DNA of 64,000 bases from an uncultured Gemmatimonadaceae bacterium (GCA_963817955.1 CAWFQK010000004.1:448001-512000); one strand, 5' to 3'. Shown: positions 30,206-40,288, numbered from the stretch's first letter. The notes: a model not told the origin generated them from the letters alone. Program-made: numbers and translations.

Positions 30206-31249
30206 ATGGCCTGCGCGCTTCACGATCGGGCGTGGCGCCTGCACACGAGACGATTCCTTGTGCACCGCCAGCCATCCCTGCTGAACGCGAGCGACTGGGT
30301 CGTGCACGCCGATCGATTGCCTGTGGACGCGGACCCATTCCACGTTGACACGGATCTATTCCACGTCGACACGGATGAGTCCCTCGTGACATTGCGACAG
30401 AGAGGTCTCAACGGCCGAGGGTCTCGTGTTGACGGCGACGACTCCCCGCGTGACGCCGGTCGATCCCTCCGGCAGGGCGTGCAGTGGGTGGTGAACACGC
30501 GGGCATTCGAGCTGAACGAGCCGGAAAGCTTCCTGGACGACCGCGAGTCCGATATTGATTGCGATGGGTTCGTGCTTGACCGCAAGGAGTTCGTGCTTGA
30601 CCGCGAGGGGTTCGTGCTTGACCGCGCGCCGTGCCATCTCACCACGGACGAGTCACCCCTCGACACGCGTGGGTGCCATCTCAACCGGAACGACTCCGAC
30701 CGGACCGAGAGGCAATCTCAGGTGGACGGCACAGTGTCTCAGCGAACGGGGCGAGGATTGTCGGTGGAAGCGCATGAGATGGGCGTGGATGCGCGGGAGA
30801 GGCGTGTTGACGAGAGACGGTCCGGTGTGGCGCGAGCGGCATTCGGGCTCGACGCCGGGGAGTTCCCTCTTGACCGGAGCGACTCCCCCCTGAACAGCGG
30901 CTGGTGCGAGCTGGATGCGCGGGAGTCCCTGCTCGATCGGCGCTCATTCGCTCTCGACCGCGAGGACTTCCATCTACACACGCGTCAATTCGGTCTCGAC
31001 CGCGAGGACTTCCACCTGCACACGCGTCAATTCGATCGAGACAGCGAGGGATTCCCTATGAGCAGGCGTGGATCCCATCTGAACACGCGGGCATCCCCTC
31101 TGCACGCGGACCGATTCCCTCTCGGCACAGTCGCCTCCCCTGCGGGTAGCGATCGATTCCCTCTCGACACGCTCCCATCCCTTCGGGTCGCCGATCGATT
31201 CGTTGTCGCCGCCCGCTCGTCCCGCGATGAGCGTAGTCCTATATATTAG
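30206..31249 (+). other. About 1-kb 21-bp periodic tract; possible heptad-repeat protein
   Basis: Uninterrupted frame reads DADPFHV-DTDLFHV-DTDESLV...DRKEFVL-DREGFVL...DREDFHL-HTRQFGL-DREDFHL. Coding status uncertain. Confidence 0.5.
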
Positions 31250-31399
31250 TTCCGAAAACAGGGGGTCAGCGCAAGGGCCAAGATGTCCGATTGACCACGC
31301 TCGCCATGTTGTACAGGAACGGGGGTTGCCGACTCAGCCCCCGAGCGACGCACGCGTGGGATAGTCTGATGCACGATTCCGCCGACTATCATGTTCGCC

Positions 31400-31749
31400 T
31401 TGCCTTTGCAGTTCGACCGCAATCGCAAACCTGACAGTTACTGTATTTCAGCTGTCCCAGGGAAGATTGCCGAGACGGTGTCATGATTGTACGAAGACTC
31501 GTAGCTCGACCGCGGGATTTCATTTCCGGCTGCGTCGAAGACGCTGATAGGAAGGACGTACTTCCGATCCCTCGCCACCCCGGTGTCGCTCGGCGCCATT
31601 TCCAAGCGGATTGCTCGCGGCCCGGTGCTATTCGAGCAAGCAGCAATGAGGACGACGCTCAGAAGCAAGAGTTCACTCGCGGCGACTTTGGCGTGCGCAG
31701 TCCGGCGAATGCGCTGTACGGGACGGTGCCCATCCTGAGCCTGCTCATG
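31400..31749 (-). pseudogene. Degenerate lipoprotein gene
   Basis: Lipobox LLLSVVLIAAC-SNSTGP and an Ig-like fragment. The nearest ATG (31749) is out of frame and the ORF stops early. Confidence 0.4.
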
Positions 31750-31920
31750 AGTTTTCTGTCCATTTCTGCGTGTTACGCCGCGACCGCATGCAGCGTAGCG
31801 ACGAAGGTGCCGTGGCATATCCCGGGGCAAGCGGTTGTGGCTGCGCAACTTAGAAGCTTGCGATCGCATATCCCGTCGGCGCTACACTGCAAGCGTCGCC
31901 GATGTTTTGTGCGCTTCTGC

Positions 31921-31952
31921 AGCGTATAGTGACCACCTACTTAGCGTTATAC
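31921..31952 (+). mobile_element. attI-like integron entry site (crossover G/TTATAC at 31946)
   Basis: GTTATACAGC is the exact reverse complement of GCTGTATAAC ending cassette 1. No upstream R''/L'' arm is visible, so it is not an attC. Confidence 0.6.
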
Positions 31953-31975
31953 AGCAACACGCATCTCCACGCCAC

Positions 31976-32755
31976 ATGATTCCCGACGTTCGGTTCGAAG
32001 CGGACTTTTTGCGTGCTGCTCTGCTGCTCGGCGTGGTCCGCGAGCCTGACGTGCGCAGCTGGGCCGACGCGCTCCTCACGACCGATGCGGGGCCGATTGC
32101 TCTCCTGGCCGACGTCGCCCTTGCCCCACCGGAGTTGACGGCGCTTCGCGAAGCCCTGCGACCCCTCGCGGCTCCATCCGACCGCGAATCGCTCGGGGCC
32201 GCCCTACTCGCCTTTCTGGCGACTGATCCTGGGGCGGTTGCCGCCGCCACGTCGGATCGACTTCGGGTGCTGGCGCAACTTCGGCGCGAGGATCTCCTCA
32301 CGCACGATCTCGCCGAGGCGATTAAAACGTTCGAAGATCGATGGATGCTTGCCGCCGCGGGGATCGGAGTCGATCCCGCGATTGCTCCTGACCTCGACCG
32401 CTGGCTCGGGGTCGCGCACGGCCCCAGATACTATCGCATCTCGCTCGCGCACGCGGACGAGCGCGCGGCCCTACTCGCCGCGCTGTCGCGCACGGTCGTG
32501 CGCGATCGGCGAACGATGCCGTCCCCGCTCGGCGCCCGTCAGGCGTGGCTTGTCGAAGCAGCGGCCGGCACGAGCCCCGCGGTGGTGCTCAACGCGGCAC
32601 TCTGGCAACTCGCGGTCGGTGCATTCGCGCCCCTGCCTCTGGCGAGCCGCATCCCCTACGGCGCGCGCCCGCTCAATGCGGTGCAACTCTTGGACGAAGC
32701 CACAGCCGAGCCGATGGGGGCGCGCGAGGCTGGCGATCGATTGGCGGCTGTATAA
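31976..32755 (+). CDS. Cassette 1: hypothetical protein (259 aa)
   Basis: ATG lies 30 nt after the crossover; the TAA stop lies inside the attC R'' box. Confidence 0.75.
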   Translation: MIPDVRFEADFLRAALLLGVVREPDVRSWADALLTTDAGPIALLADVALAPPELTALREALRPLAAPSDRESLGAALLAFLATDPGAVAAATSDRLRVLAQLRREDLLTHDLAEAIKTFEDRWMLAAAGIGVDPAIAPDLDRWLGVAHGPRYYRISLAHADERAALLAALSRTVVRDRRTMPSPLGARQAWLVEAAAGTSPAVVLNAALWQLAVGAFAPLPLASRIPYGARPLNAVQLLDEATAEPMGAREAGDRLAAV

Positions 32756-32872
32756 CGGGCGCTCCACCTGACAGGTGCCGACGGTCGTGGATCGTGGCGC
32801 CCGCCAGCGTCGCGCAGTAGTCTTTTGATATCGCGCCTAATCGGGCCCTGCAGGTGAGCTCAAGCGTTATAC
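32750..32872 (+). mobile_element. attC site 1 (123 bp)
   Basis: GTATAAC...CT[C]CACCTG[A]CAGG...CCTGCAGGTGAG...GTTATAC: R''/L''/L'/R' boxes with extrahelical bases. Confidence 0.9.
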
Positions 32873-32924
32873 GGCAACAGCATTCCGCTGCAGAGCAACC
32901 AGACGACCGCCGCGTCCTTAATAC

Positions 32925-33738
32925 GTGCCAGCGACGATTGATCATCCCGCATTCTGTCAACCGCGCGATCCATCCGCGCGAGTCTGGCGTTACATGGATC
33001 TTGCGAAGCTGGTCGGCGTTCTGGACACGCGCTCCCTCTACTTCGCCCGCATAGATCAACTCGCCGATCCCTTCGAGGGATCTCTTTCGAGAGCGGAATT
33101 CGAACAACTGAAAGCCACCGCCGAAAAGGGAGAGAGAGAACACCGTCCCTCCCGACTGGCGCGGTCGATATCTGGAAATACTGCTCGCGAACGCTCGGCG
33201 GCAACGGAAGTCAACGTACGTCAACTGTTGGCACCTGAACGACGGTGAATCGGAAGCAATGTGGCGGCTGTACGCATCGTCGGGCTTAGGAGTCGCAATC
33301 CAGGCTACTTACGCCCGGCTGACAGCTGCGCTCCCAAGCGATATAGAACCTCCTCCGGCTACGTACCACGCGGGTGGACTGACAAGACCGCCGGTCTACC
33401 TTGGCGTCGTGCAGTACACCGACCACGAGCGCGACCCAATGCCTACCGGGAACGCGTTCTACCCAGTGCTTCACAAGCGACGCGCGTTTACACACGAAGA
33501 AGAAGTTCGAGCTGTGATCTGGCTTGGCGACCGCGGGATATTCCACGATCCGGCGAATCAGGCGGACAATCCTCTTGGCCTCACCGTCCCAATAGGACCG
33601 GAAGCTCTCATTGAATCCGTGCGGGTGTCGCCCCTGGCACCCCCCTGGTTCGCTGATGTTGTTCGCTCCGTCGTGAACAAGTTCGCTGTGGCCATACCCG
33701 TAACGCAGTCCGGACTTACGAGCCCCCCGTACTTATAG
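32925..33738 (+). CDS. Cassette 2: DUF2971-like protein (frameshift near the GA run at 33128-33140)
   Basis: VWRYMDLAKL...LYFARIDQLADPFEG, then in a second frame YVNCWHLNDGESEAMWRLY...GVAI...HKRRAFTHEEEVR...VRVSPLAPPWF. Confidence 0.75.
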
Positions 33739-33780
33739 GGCTGCGCCGTCCGAGCGCACGGGGCGGCATCTCGACCTGCC

Positions 33781-33903
33781 GTATAACGTGCGCTGCACCT
33801 GTCAGGTGCCGCCGATCGCTGGTCGTGGCGCCCGTCGGCATCGCGTAGTAGTCTTTTGGTATCGCACCTAAGCTGGCCCTGCAGGTGAGCTATTGCGTTA
33901 GAC
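33781..33903 (+). mobile_element. attC site 2 (123 bp)
   Basis: GTATAAC...CT[G]CACCTG[T]CAGG...CCTGCAGGTGAG...GTTAGAC; colinear with attC1. Confidence 0.9.
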
Positions 33904-33927
33904 CGCGACCTCCAATCACGTGCAACC

Positions 33928-34863
33928 ATGAGAAACTTCTTGAGATTTGTTCGAGGTCGTCGCTGCCGGACTAGTCGCCTATTGCTGGTGCTGGCAGCGC
34001 TCGCGACGGCTGCGCGCTCGCCGCTCGCTCAATCGCGCGGCGCTATGCCAGCGCGCCGCCAAGCTTGCGTTACCGTCGGAACGATGACGCGAGCCGAAGT
34101 CGCACCTGATACTGCGGCCGTGTATTCGGCCGAGTCGGCTGACTTTCCCGCAGGATGGCTCCGCCGGGGAACGTCAGTTCGCGTCATGAGCACGACTGGA
34201 ACCTGGGCTACTGTTGCGGCGCCCGAAGGCGACTCTCATGGATATCGCATGCGAGGCTCCGATCTATGCGTGCTCCCGGGCACAAATACCGACTCCATTG
34301 CCGGGCGCTCCGCCAGCCGTCCTCTGATCCCCGACCCCGTTGTCGGCTACTTCGCTCGCGAGGGACTAGACGTAAGCGCGATCATTCAGATTGACTCAAT
34401 GGTCTCGACCCAGACAGATCGCGCCGGCGGTGCCTACGCGGTCACGGACTACGCGGTCAAGTACCTCGTCGCGAGTGGCCGTGTTTTACAAAGCCGACCA
34501 ATGCCTGGCTGGTATGATGAGATTAGCGTTAGAACACTCGTTTGGGAGCCACTGAGTGGCATCGGCGAGTCAGGAAACGGACCATCGGTTTGGGTCGATC
34601 AGCGCGCGGACTCTGCCCGGCGCAGCTTGCGCGTCATCAACATTGGAGGCGGTGGCGTGCCCGTTGTCGTGTATGCGGGCTCTTCACCCGTCGGAATTCA
34701 GATCATTGGGTTCGTTCCAAGCGCAGGATCGGAATGGATCATCGGACAGTGCTCCAATCGTACATTGCGCGTTAGTGAACGATCGTTAATGATGTTTCGT
34801 AATGCCGACATCAGCCAAGCTCTCATGAGCGAGGGTAATCGATTGTGTGCTATTGGTCAGTGA
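33928..34863 (+). CDS. Cassette 3: exported hypothetical protein with an SH3b-like segment
   Basis: Signal-like N-terminus; GWLRRGTSVRVMSTTGTWATV resembles a bacterial SH3 domain. ATG lies 31 nt after the crossover. Confidence 0.65.
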   Translation: MRNFLRFVRGRRCRTSRLLLVLAALATAARSPLAQSRGAMPARRQACVTVGTMTRAEVAPDTAAVYSAESADFPAGWLRRGTSVRVMSTTGTWATVAAPEGDSHGYRMRGSDLCVLPGTNTDSIAGRSASRPLIPDPVVGYFAREGLDVSAIIQIDSMVSTQTDRAGGAYAVTDYAVKYLVASGRVLQSRPMPGWYDEISVRTLVWEPLSGIGESGNGPSVWVDQRADSARRSLRVINIGGGGVPVVVYAGSSPVGIQIIGFVPSAGSEWIIGQCSNRTLRVSERSLMMFRNADISQALMSEGNRLCAIGQ

Positions 34864-34906
34864 GCGACGCTCTGATAGCTATACTCATCGCGCCCGTCGC
34901 GGCGAG

Positions 34907-36569
34907 TGTCAAGATAGATGTCGCATGACGCGTCACGCGACTGCGCTGCGGCGACGGTTCCGCGGGTCGTGATCCGGATTGAGCCGAGACGGCGGCGATC
35001 GGCTCCCAGTTGCGCGTGGCCCCGCTCCAGCGCGTCGGGCGTCCGACGACGCGCGCGCGGCGTAGACGGCGTGACGCGCGGCGAGGAGCGCGACGTCGCG
35101 CCCCGCGTGCCGATCGTCGGGCGTCACGAAGCGAATCGCGCTGTGGAGATGCCTGCGTGTTGTACCAGCGGACAAAGGCAGCGCACCCAGGCGCGCGCCG
35201 CCGCGAGATCCACGAAGGGCTGCGACGGATATCGGGCCGATACTTCATCGTGCGGAAGAGCGATTCGGAAAACGCATTGTCATTGCTCACGCGGGGGCGA
35301 CTGAAGGAGGCGAGCACGCCCAGCCGCTCGAGCGTCGCGACCATCGTGGCGCCCTTCATCGGCCCGCCGTTGTCGGCGTGCAGCACGATGCCCGCGCGGA
35401 TCCACGCGCTGCGCGCGACACGTCGCGGGAAGAGCGCCGCGGCCTGGAAGCCGACACTCGTGCACCGCCGCAGCCGAAGATCTTCGCGGCTCCAGACGTC
35501 GATCATCAGATACAAGTACAGGAAGACCCCGCGCACCGGCGTCTTGAGATAGGTTATGTCCCAACTCCAGAGCTGATTCGGCCCCGTGGCGACGATGCGC
35601 GCGCAGCGGCCGGCGCACGGGCGCCTTCGCGCGCCCGCGATGCTGCGAGCAACTGCCTCCGCGCGCAGAATCCGATACATGGTCGATTCGGAGGCGAGAT
35701 AGCGCCCAGCATCCGCGAGCCGCGGCACGATCTGATGCGGCGTGAGGTCCCGATAGGCGGGCGACGTTCATCGACCGCGAGAATGCGTCCGCTGCTCCCC
35801 GGGCGTGAGTGTGTTCGGCGGCGCCGATGATGCGGGCCGTGGCGCGCGCATCGGTCGGTCGTCTCGGGCCCGGCGCGCCACCGCTCGACGCGTGCGCACG
35901 CTGAGGCCGACCATCTGACACGCCGGGCCGCGGCGCGCGCCGGCCCCGACCGCCGTCCTCGATCAGCGCCACGAATCATCGTCTCGCGTCTGCGGGTCCG
36001 TGGTAGCGTCCGCGTCCCCCCAGATCGCTTGGACTTTTTTTTTGAGCACCAGGAGCGCCGCCGTCTCGGCCAGCGCGGCATCCTTCCGCCGCAGCTCGCG
36101 TTCGAGCTCCTGAATGCGTTTCGCATCGGCCGAGCGCGGCGTGCCGAGGGCCGGCTCACTCAGCGCCGCTTCCGCCGCGCGTCGCCAGGCGGTCAGATCG
36201 CGCCTCGTGCAGCCCTTCGCGCCGGAGCAGCGCGCCCAGCTCGCTGCTCGCTCAGCCCGCGCGCTTCGCGTCACGACGCGGAGCTTCTCCGCGCCCGTCC
36301 ACTTCTTCTTCGTCGAGGAGTGTCATGCCGCTCGACGTTACGCGGTTCCGCGCAGCACCCATCGCGAGAGGCGTGGCTTGACGGCACACCGACTTCGTGC
36401 GCGAGCGCGTTGGCACTCATCGCCGACGGCCCGATCAAGCGACGTAGCATTCGCGTCCTTGAACGCCGGACTGTACTGCGGCATCAGCAACTATCCACCT
36501 TTGACCCCCGAGGATGGATCTACGTTTGACCGCTGAAGCTACTGCGGTCGTGCGACAACTATCCTGACA
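34907..36569 (-). mobile_element. IS3-family insertion sequence (orfA about 36484-35963, orfB about 35980-34925; frameshifted)
   Basis: Terminal IRs TGTCAAGATAGATGTCGCATGAC / TGTCAGGATAGTTGTCGCACGAC. orfA ends ALAETAALLVLKKKVQAIWG with an A9G run. orfB DDE motifs WSWDITY, LHADNG, SNDNAFSESLFRTMK. Confidence 0.92.
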
Positions 36570-36581
36570 CCGGGGGGTGCG

Positions 36582-36676
36582 GTCTAACGAACTCTGCACT
36601 TGTCAGGGGCGCTGCGGAACGCGCGCTGCGCGCGCATCTTGTTGGATGCCCCTGCAAGTGAGCTGGGGCGTTAGGC
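36582..36676 (+). mobile_element. attC site 3 (95 bp)
   Basis: GTCTAAC...CT[G]CACTTG[T]CAGGGGC...GCCCCTGCAAGTGAG...GTTAGGC. Confidence 0.9.
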
Positions 36677-36940
36677 AACTTCCAATCCACGATGCCCTTA
36701 CAGCTTGATTTATACGAGGAAATGCTCTCGCTCATCAGCGAGCAGGCGGATGCCATCGCTGAGGATTCCTTCAGCATGTTCCCAACGCAGGTCGGCTCGT
36801 GCTGGCAGGTGCGGATTCCGACGAAGTTGACCACCGAGTCCGATCGAAGCTGACCACCGAGTCCGACGAATCTGACCAGCACGTTAGCAGTGGCGGTTGT
36901 GTCGGAGCGAAGCGACGGGCAGTGGGTCAGTGAGCCGTGG

Positions 36941-37710
36941 TTAGGAGGTCGGGGTCGGAGTGGACGGGGAGTGCTCGGCCGCAGCCAGGCGTTTGCGCAT
37001 GGAGCCGCCCTTGAGGGTGAGAGTGTGCGCGCCATGCACGAGTCGGTCGAGGATGGCGTCGGCGAGCGTGGGATTGCCAATGTATTCGTGCCAGTGTTCG
37101 ATCGGCAGCTGACTCGTGACGAGCGTCGCCCGCTTACGATACCGATCGTCCAGCACTTCGAGCAGATCGCGTCGTTCGGGATCGTTCAGCGACACAAGTC
37201 CCCAATCGTCCAAAATGACTAGATCCGTCTTGGCGAGCTTGAGGAGCAGCTTGGGGTACGAGCCGTCGCGCGCGCGAGCGCGAGTGCATGGAGGAGCCGG
37301 CCGAGGCGGAAGTAGCGCGTGGTCAGCCCGTGGCGGCAGGCGGCGTGGCCCAACGCACACGCGAGATAACTCTTGCCCACCCCGGTGGCACCGACCAGGA
37401 GCACGACCTGGTGCTGCCGCACCCACTCCGCGGAAATCAGACGCACGAGGACGCTGCGATCGAGCCCGCGCGGCGCCCGCCAGTCGATGTCCTCGGCGGC
37501 CGCCGCGGCGAGGGCGAGCCGCGCGTCTTGTAAGAGGCGCTGCAGTCGGCGGTCTTCGCGGTAGGTCACCTCCCGCTCGAGCAAGAGTGCGAGGCGTTCT
37601 TCAAAGGGGAGATCGACCGCCGCACTGGTCTGGAGTTGCTCGCCGAAGGCGGCCGCCATGCCGGGCAGCCGGAGGGCGTGAAGGCGCTCGACAGTCGTAT
37701 ACGAAGTCAT
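36941..37710 (-). CDS. istB: IS21 helper ATPase IstB (frameshift near 37270-37290)
   Basis: [48 protein letters not shown]. Confidence 0.92.
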
Positions 37711-39314
37711 AATGAGAGTTTCTCCTGGATCGGGGGGTGTGCGAGGGACGTGAGGGATGCGGGGGACGAGGGAGGTGAGGGTGGCGTGAAGTAGTTCGCG
37801 CCACGCACGTGGGCATGGGTCGGCGGCAGCGTCAGCGTGGCGGGCTCTTCGAGCGGCACGGCATCGAGACCATGTTCGAGAATGGATTTCACCGAGCGAT
37901 AGGACACCGCGCCGCTGCGGAGGGCGCGGAAGCACGCCGCCTCGACTCGGGGGTCGGTGTACCGCTTGGCGAGGCTCATGAGGCCGAGGCAGGCGCGATA
38001 GCCCTGCTCCGGGTGGGGCTTGCTCTCGAGAATTCGCTGGACCACGGCGCCCGTGGACTGGCCGATGGCCTCCCCCCAGCGGACTAATCGATCCGGCGTC
38101 CACTCGAGATGCTTCTGGTGCGCCTTGGGCCGATGCGTGGGCTCGGTGGTGAAGCCGCCGATGTGGCGACTGCGCGGATGCAGGGCGACGCGTTGCCCGC
38201 CGTACAAGATTTCGACCGCCGTGGCGGTGAGCCGCACCTCGACGGCTTTGCGGAGCAGCCGATGCGGCACGCTGTAGTAGTGCCGCTCGACCTCGATGTG
38301 ATAGTCGATGTTCACGCGCGCTTTCTTCCACTCCGAGTATGTATAGGAGTGACTCGGGAGCGGCAGGAGCGCCGGGCGGTCGAGCGTCTCCAACAGCGTG
38401 CGGCGGGTACCCGCGAGCTTCTGAAACGGCCGGTCGTTGAGCGCGGCGAGCAGTCGTGCGATTTCGCGGTTGGCCGCCGCGAGACCGATCAGCGTGTGGT
38501 GCCGGAGGGGGGCCAGGACCCAGCGCTCACAGATTTGCACCGCTGTTTCAACTTTCGCCTTGTCCCGAGGCGACCGCACCCGGGTGGGCAGCACCGTGGT
38601 CCCGTAGTGTGCCGCGAGATCGGCGTACGTGGGGTTAACGTCGGGATCATAGAAACACGGCTGGCGGACGCCGCTGCGCAGATTATCCGGGATTGTCAGG
38701 CGTGGCACCCCGCCGAAGCCCGCGTACATCCGCACGTGTGAGCCGATCCAGTCCGGCAGCGACTGCGTCCACGTCAGCTCGGCGAACGTGTAATTGCTCG
38801 CGCCCAGCGTGCCGACGAAGAGCTGCGCCTCGCGGCACTCGCCCGTGCTCGGGTCCACGACGGGGAGCGTCTGCCCGGCATAATCGACGAACACCTTCTC
38901 CCCGGCGACGTGGGCCTGGCGCAGCACCGGATCCAGCGTGTCCGCCCACGCGCGATAGAGCGTCGTAAACTGCGAATACTGATAGCCCGTCGGCTGGGTG
39001 GCCTTGTACTCTAACCAGAGGAGCCGCAGGGTGACCCCTTTGCGGCGCAGCTCCTGGTGCAGCGTCGGCCAGTCTGGGACGAGTTTGGGGATCGTCAGCG
39101 GCTCGGGAGGAACGAGCTGGGCGCTCAACGCTGCGTCATCGAGGCGCGCGCAGTCCGGCCACTGCACGCCGGCCAGCGTCGCGCGATCCAGATAGAGCCC
39201 AACGGTATTGTGGCTGATGTTCAGGCTGCGGCCAATGGCCCGACGACTGAGGCCCGTGGCAGCGAGGCGGAGCACTTCACGAAGTTTGCGCATGGAGAGG
39301 CGGTCTGCGGCCAT
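37707..39314 (-). CDS. istA: IS21 transposase IstA
   Basis: GVTLRLLWLEY, GEKVFVDYAG, IPDNLRSGV, PRDKAKVE, YSVPH. Confidence 0.95.
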   Translation of the reverse strand: MAADRLSMRKLREVLRLAATGLSRRAIGRSLNISHNTVGLYLDRATLAGVQWPDCARLDDAALSAQLVPPEPLTIPKLVPDWPTLHQELRRKGVTLRLLWLEYKATQPTGYQYSQFTTLYRAWADTLDPVLRQAHVAGEKVFVDYAGQTLPVVDPSTGECREAQLFVGTLGASNYTFAELTWTQSLPDWIGSHVRMYAGFGGVPRLTIPDNLRSGVRQPCFYDPDVNPTYADLAAHYGTTVLPTRVRSPRDKAKVETAVQICERWVLAPLRHHTLIGLAAANREIARLLAALNDRPFQKLAGTRRTLLETLDRPALLPLPSHSYTYSEWKKARVNIDYHIEVERHYYSVPHRLLRKAVEVRLTATAVEILYGGQRVALHPRSRHIGGFTTEPTHRPKAHQKHLEWTPDRLVRWGEAIGQSTGAVVQRILESKPHPEQGYRACLGLMSLAKRYTDPRVEAACFRALRSGAVSYRSVKSILEHGLDAVPLEEPATLTLPPTHAHVRGANYFTPPSPPSSPASLTSLAHPPIQEKLSL

Positions 39315-40191
39315 GGTCTTCTCCTGGGAGGTCCAGGGGAAGCCGTCGGCGTTCGATCGTCCGTCGCCTTACTTCTCCAAAGCCGCGATGCGCAGCAGTG
39401 CTCAGCGGTGCCGTGGTGGGCGGCTTCCCCGTCACGGCTGGTCAATATCGCCGGAACGGGTGGGCAGCATCACCGGAATCGCTGGTCAGATTCGTCGGAA
39501 TCGGTGGTCAGCTTGCACCGGAATCGCTGGTCAGCTTGGCCCGGATTCGGTGGTCAGAATCGGCCGGAATACGCAGGCAGGATGAGCTGTTCGTCTGCGG
39601 GCGTGCGGTCAACGGCTATGAGCCCGTCTGGACGCGCGCCGACGTTGCAACAAGCGCCGGCAGGATCCGCATCCTTGACGCGATTCGGACTCAATACGAA
39701 GCGACCGGGTGCCAGATGCGTTGGATCACGGATTGGTGGAACGCGCGCACTGGTTACAATACCGCGCGGTCGGCGTTTTGGAGAGTCATTCGCGAGGCTA
39801 CGTACGGCCTGGGTATTGTTGCCCCGCAGAGCCTGGAATGGTCAGCCTCGCTGGCCTGGGGAAATCTCTACCGGGTCGCTCCGGGCGTGACCGGTAATCC
39901 ATCGGCACAACTGAGACAACGAATCCAACTCGATTTGTGTGGCGAGCGGTTAGCTCGGGATTTAGCGATCCTTCGACCACGGCGCATGCTCTTCCTGGCC
40001 GGAATGGAATGGGTCGAACCCTTCCTGCATCGGTATGAATCCGATCTCGTGAGGCGCAGCGGCTTGGTTCAAGGGTACGGCACGCTTCATCTGGCGGACG
40101 GATGGCGAATCGCCACTGTGATTGCCAAACACCCGCAAGGCAAACCAGAGGGTCCACTAACCGCCGAAGTTCTCGATTGCTTCAGCAAGTT

Positions 40192-40288
40192 GCCTAACGA
40201 TCGTTGAACTCGACAAGCAATCTTCGGATGGCGCTGGCTTCGCCAGCGCTTTATTGGACTCGCTTGCGAGTTAACTCGGGCGTTACGC
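40192..40288 (+). mobile_element. attC site 4 (97 bp)
   Basis: GCCTAAC...GTT[G]AACTCG[A]CAAGC...GCTTGCGAGTTAAC...GTTACGC; central hairpin GCGCTGGC-TTC-GCCAGCGC. Confidence 0.88.

Larger units (their letters stand above)
36810..39575 (-). mobile_element. IS21-family insertion sequence
   Basis: IRs TGCGGATTCCGACGAAGTTGACCACC / TGCGTATTCCGGCCGATTCTGACCACC, multiple internal repeats of about 22 bp at both ends, and a 6-bp target duplication GGCAGG (36804-36809, 39576-39581). Confidence 0.95.
36692..40207 (+). pseudogene. Cassette 4: uracil-DNA-glycosylase-superfamily-like protein interrupted by IS21 (36692-36809 + 39582-40207; 247 aa when rejoined)
   Basis: Removing the IS and one GGCAGG copy gives in-frame MPLQLDLYEEM...SCWQ/DELFVCGRAVNGY...AWGNLYRV...LRPRRMLFLAG...AKHPQGK. 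Confidence 0.75.

Noticed and set aside
30206..31249. Diversity-generating retroelement template/variable repeat pair
   Set aside because: No reverse transcriptase in the window, and repeat differences are not adenine-specific.
29715..31930. Integron integrase upstream of the array
   Set aside because: No R-H-R-H-Y tyrosine recombinase motifs in any listed frame; the region is repeats plus a lipoprotein remnant.
36810..36880. Short direct repeats (TGACCACCGAGTCCGA) here and at 39470-39575 as CRISPR or iterons
   Set aside because: They lie inside the IS21 ends and are the usual multiple transposase-binding repeats.
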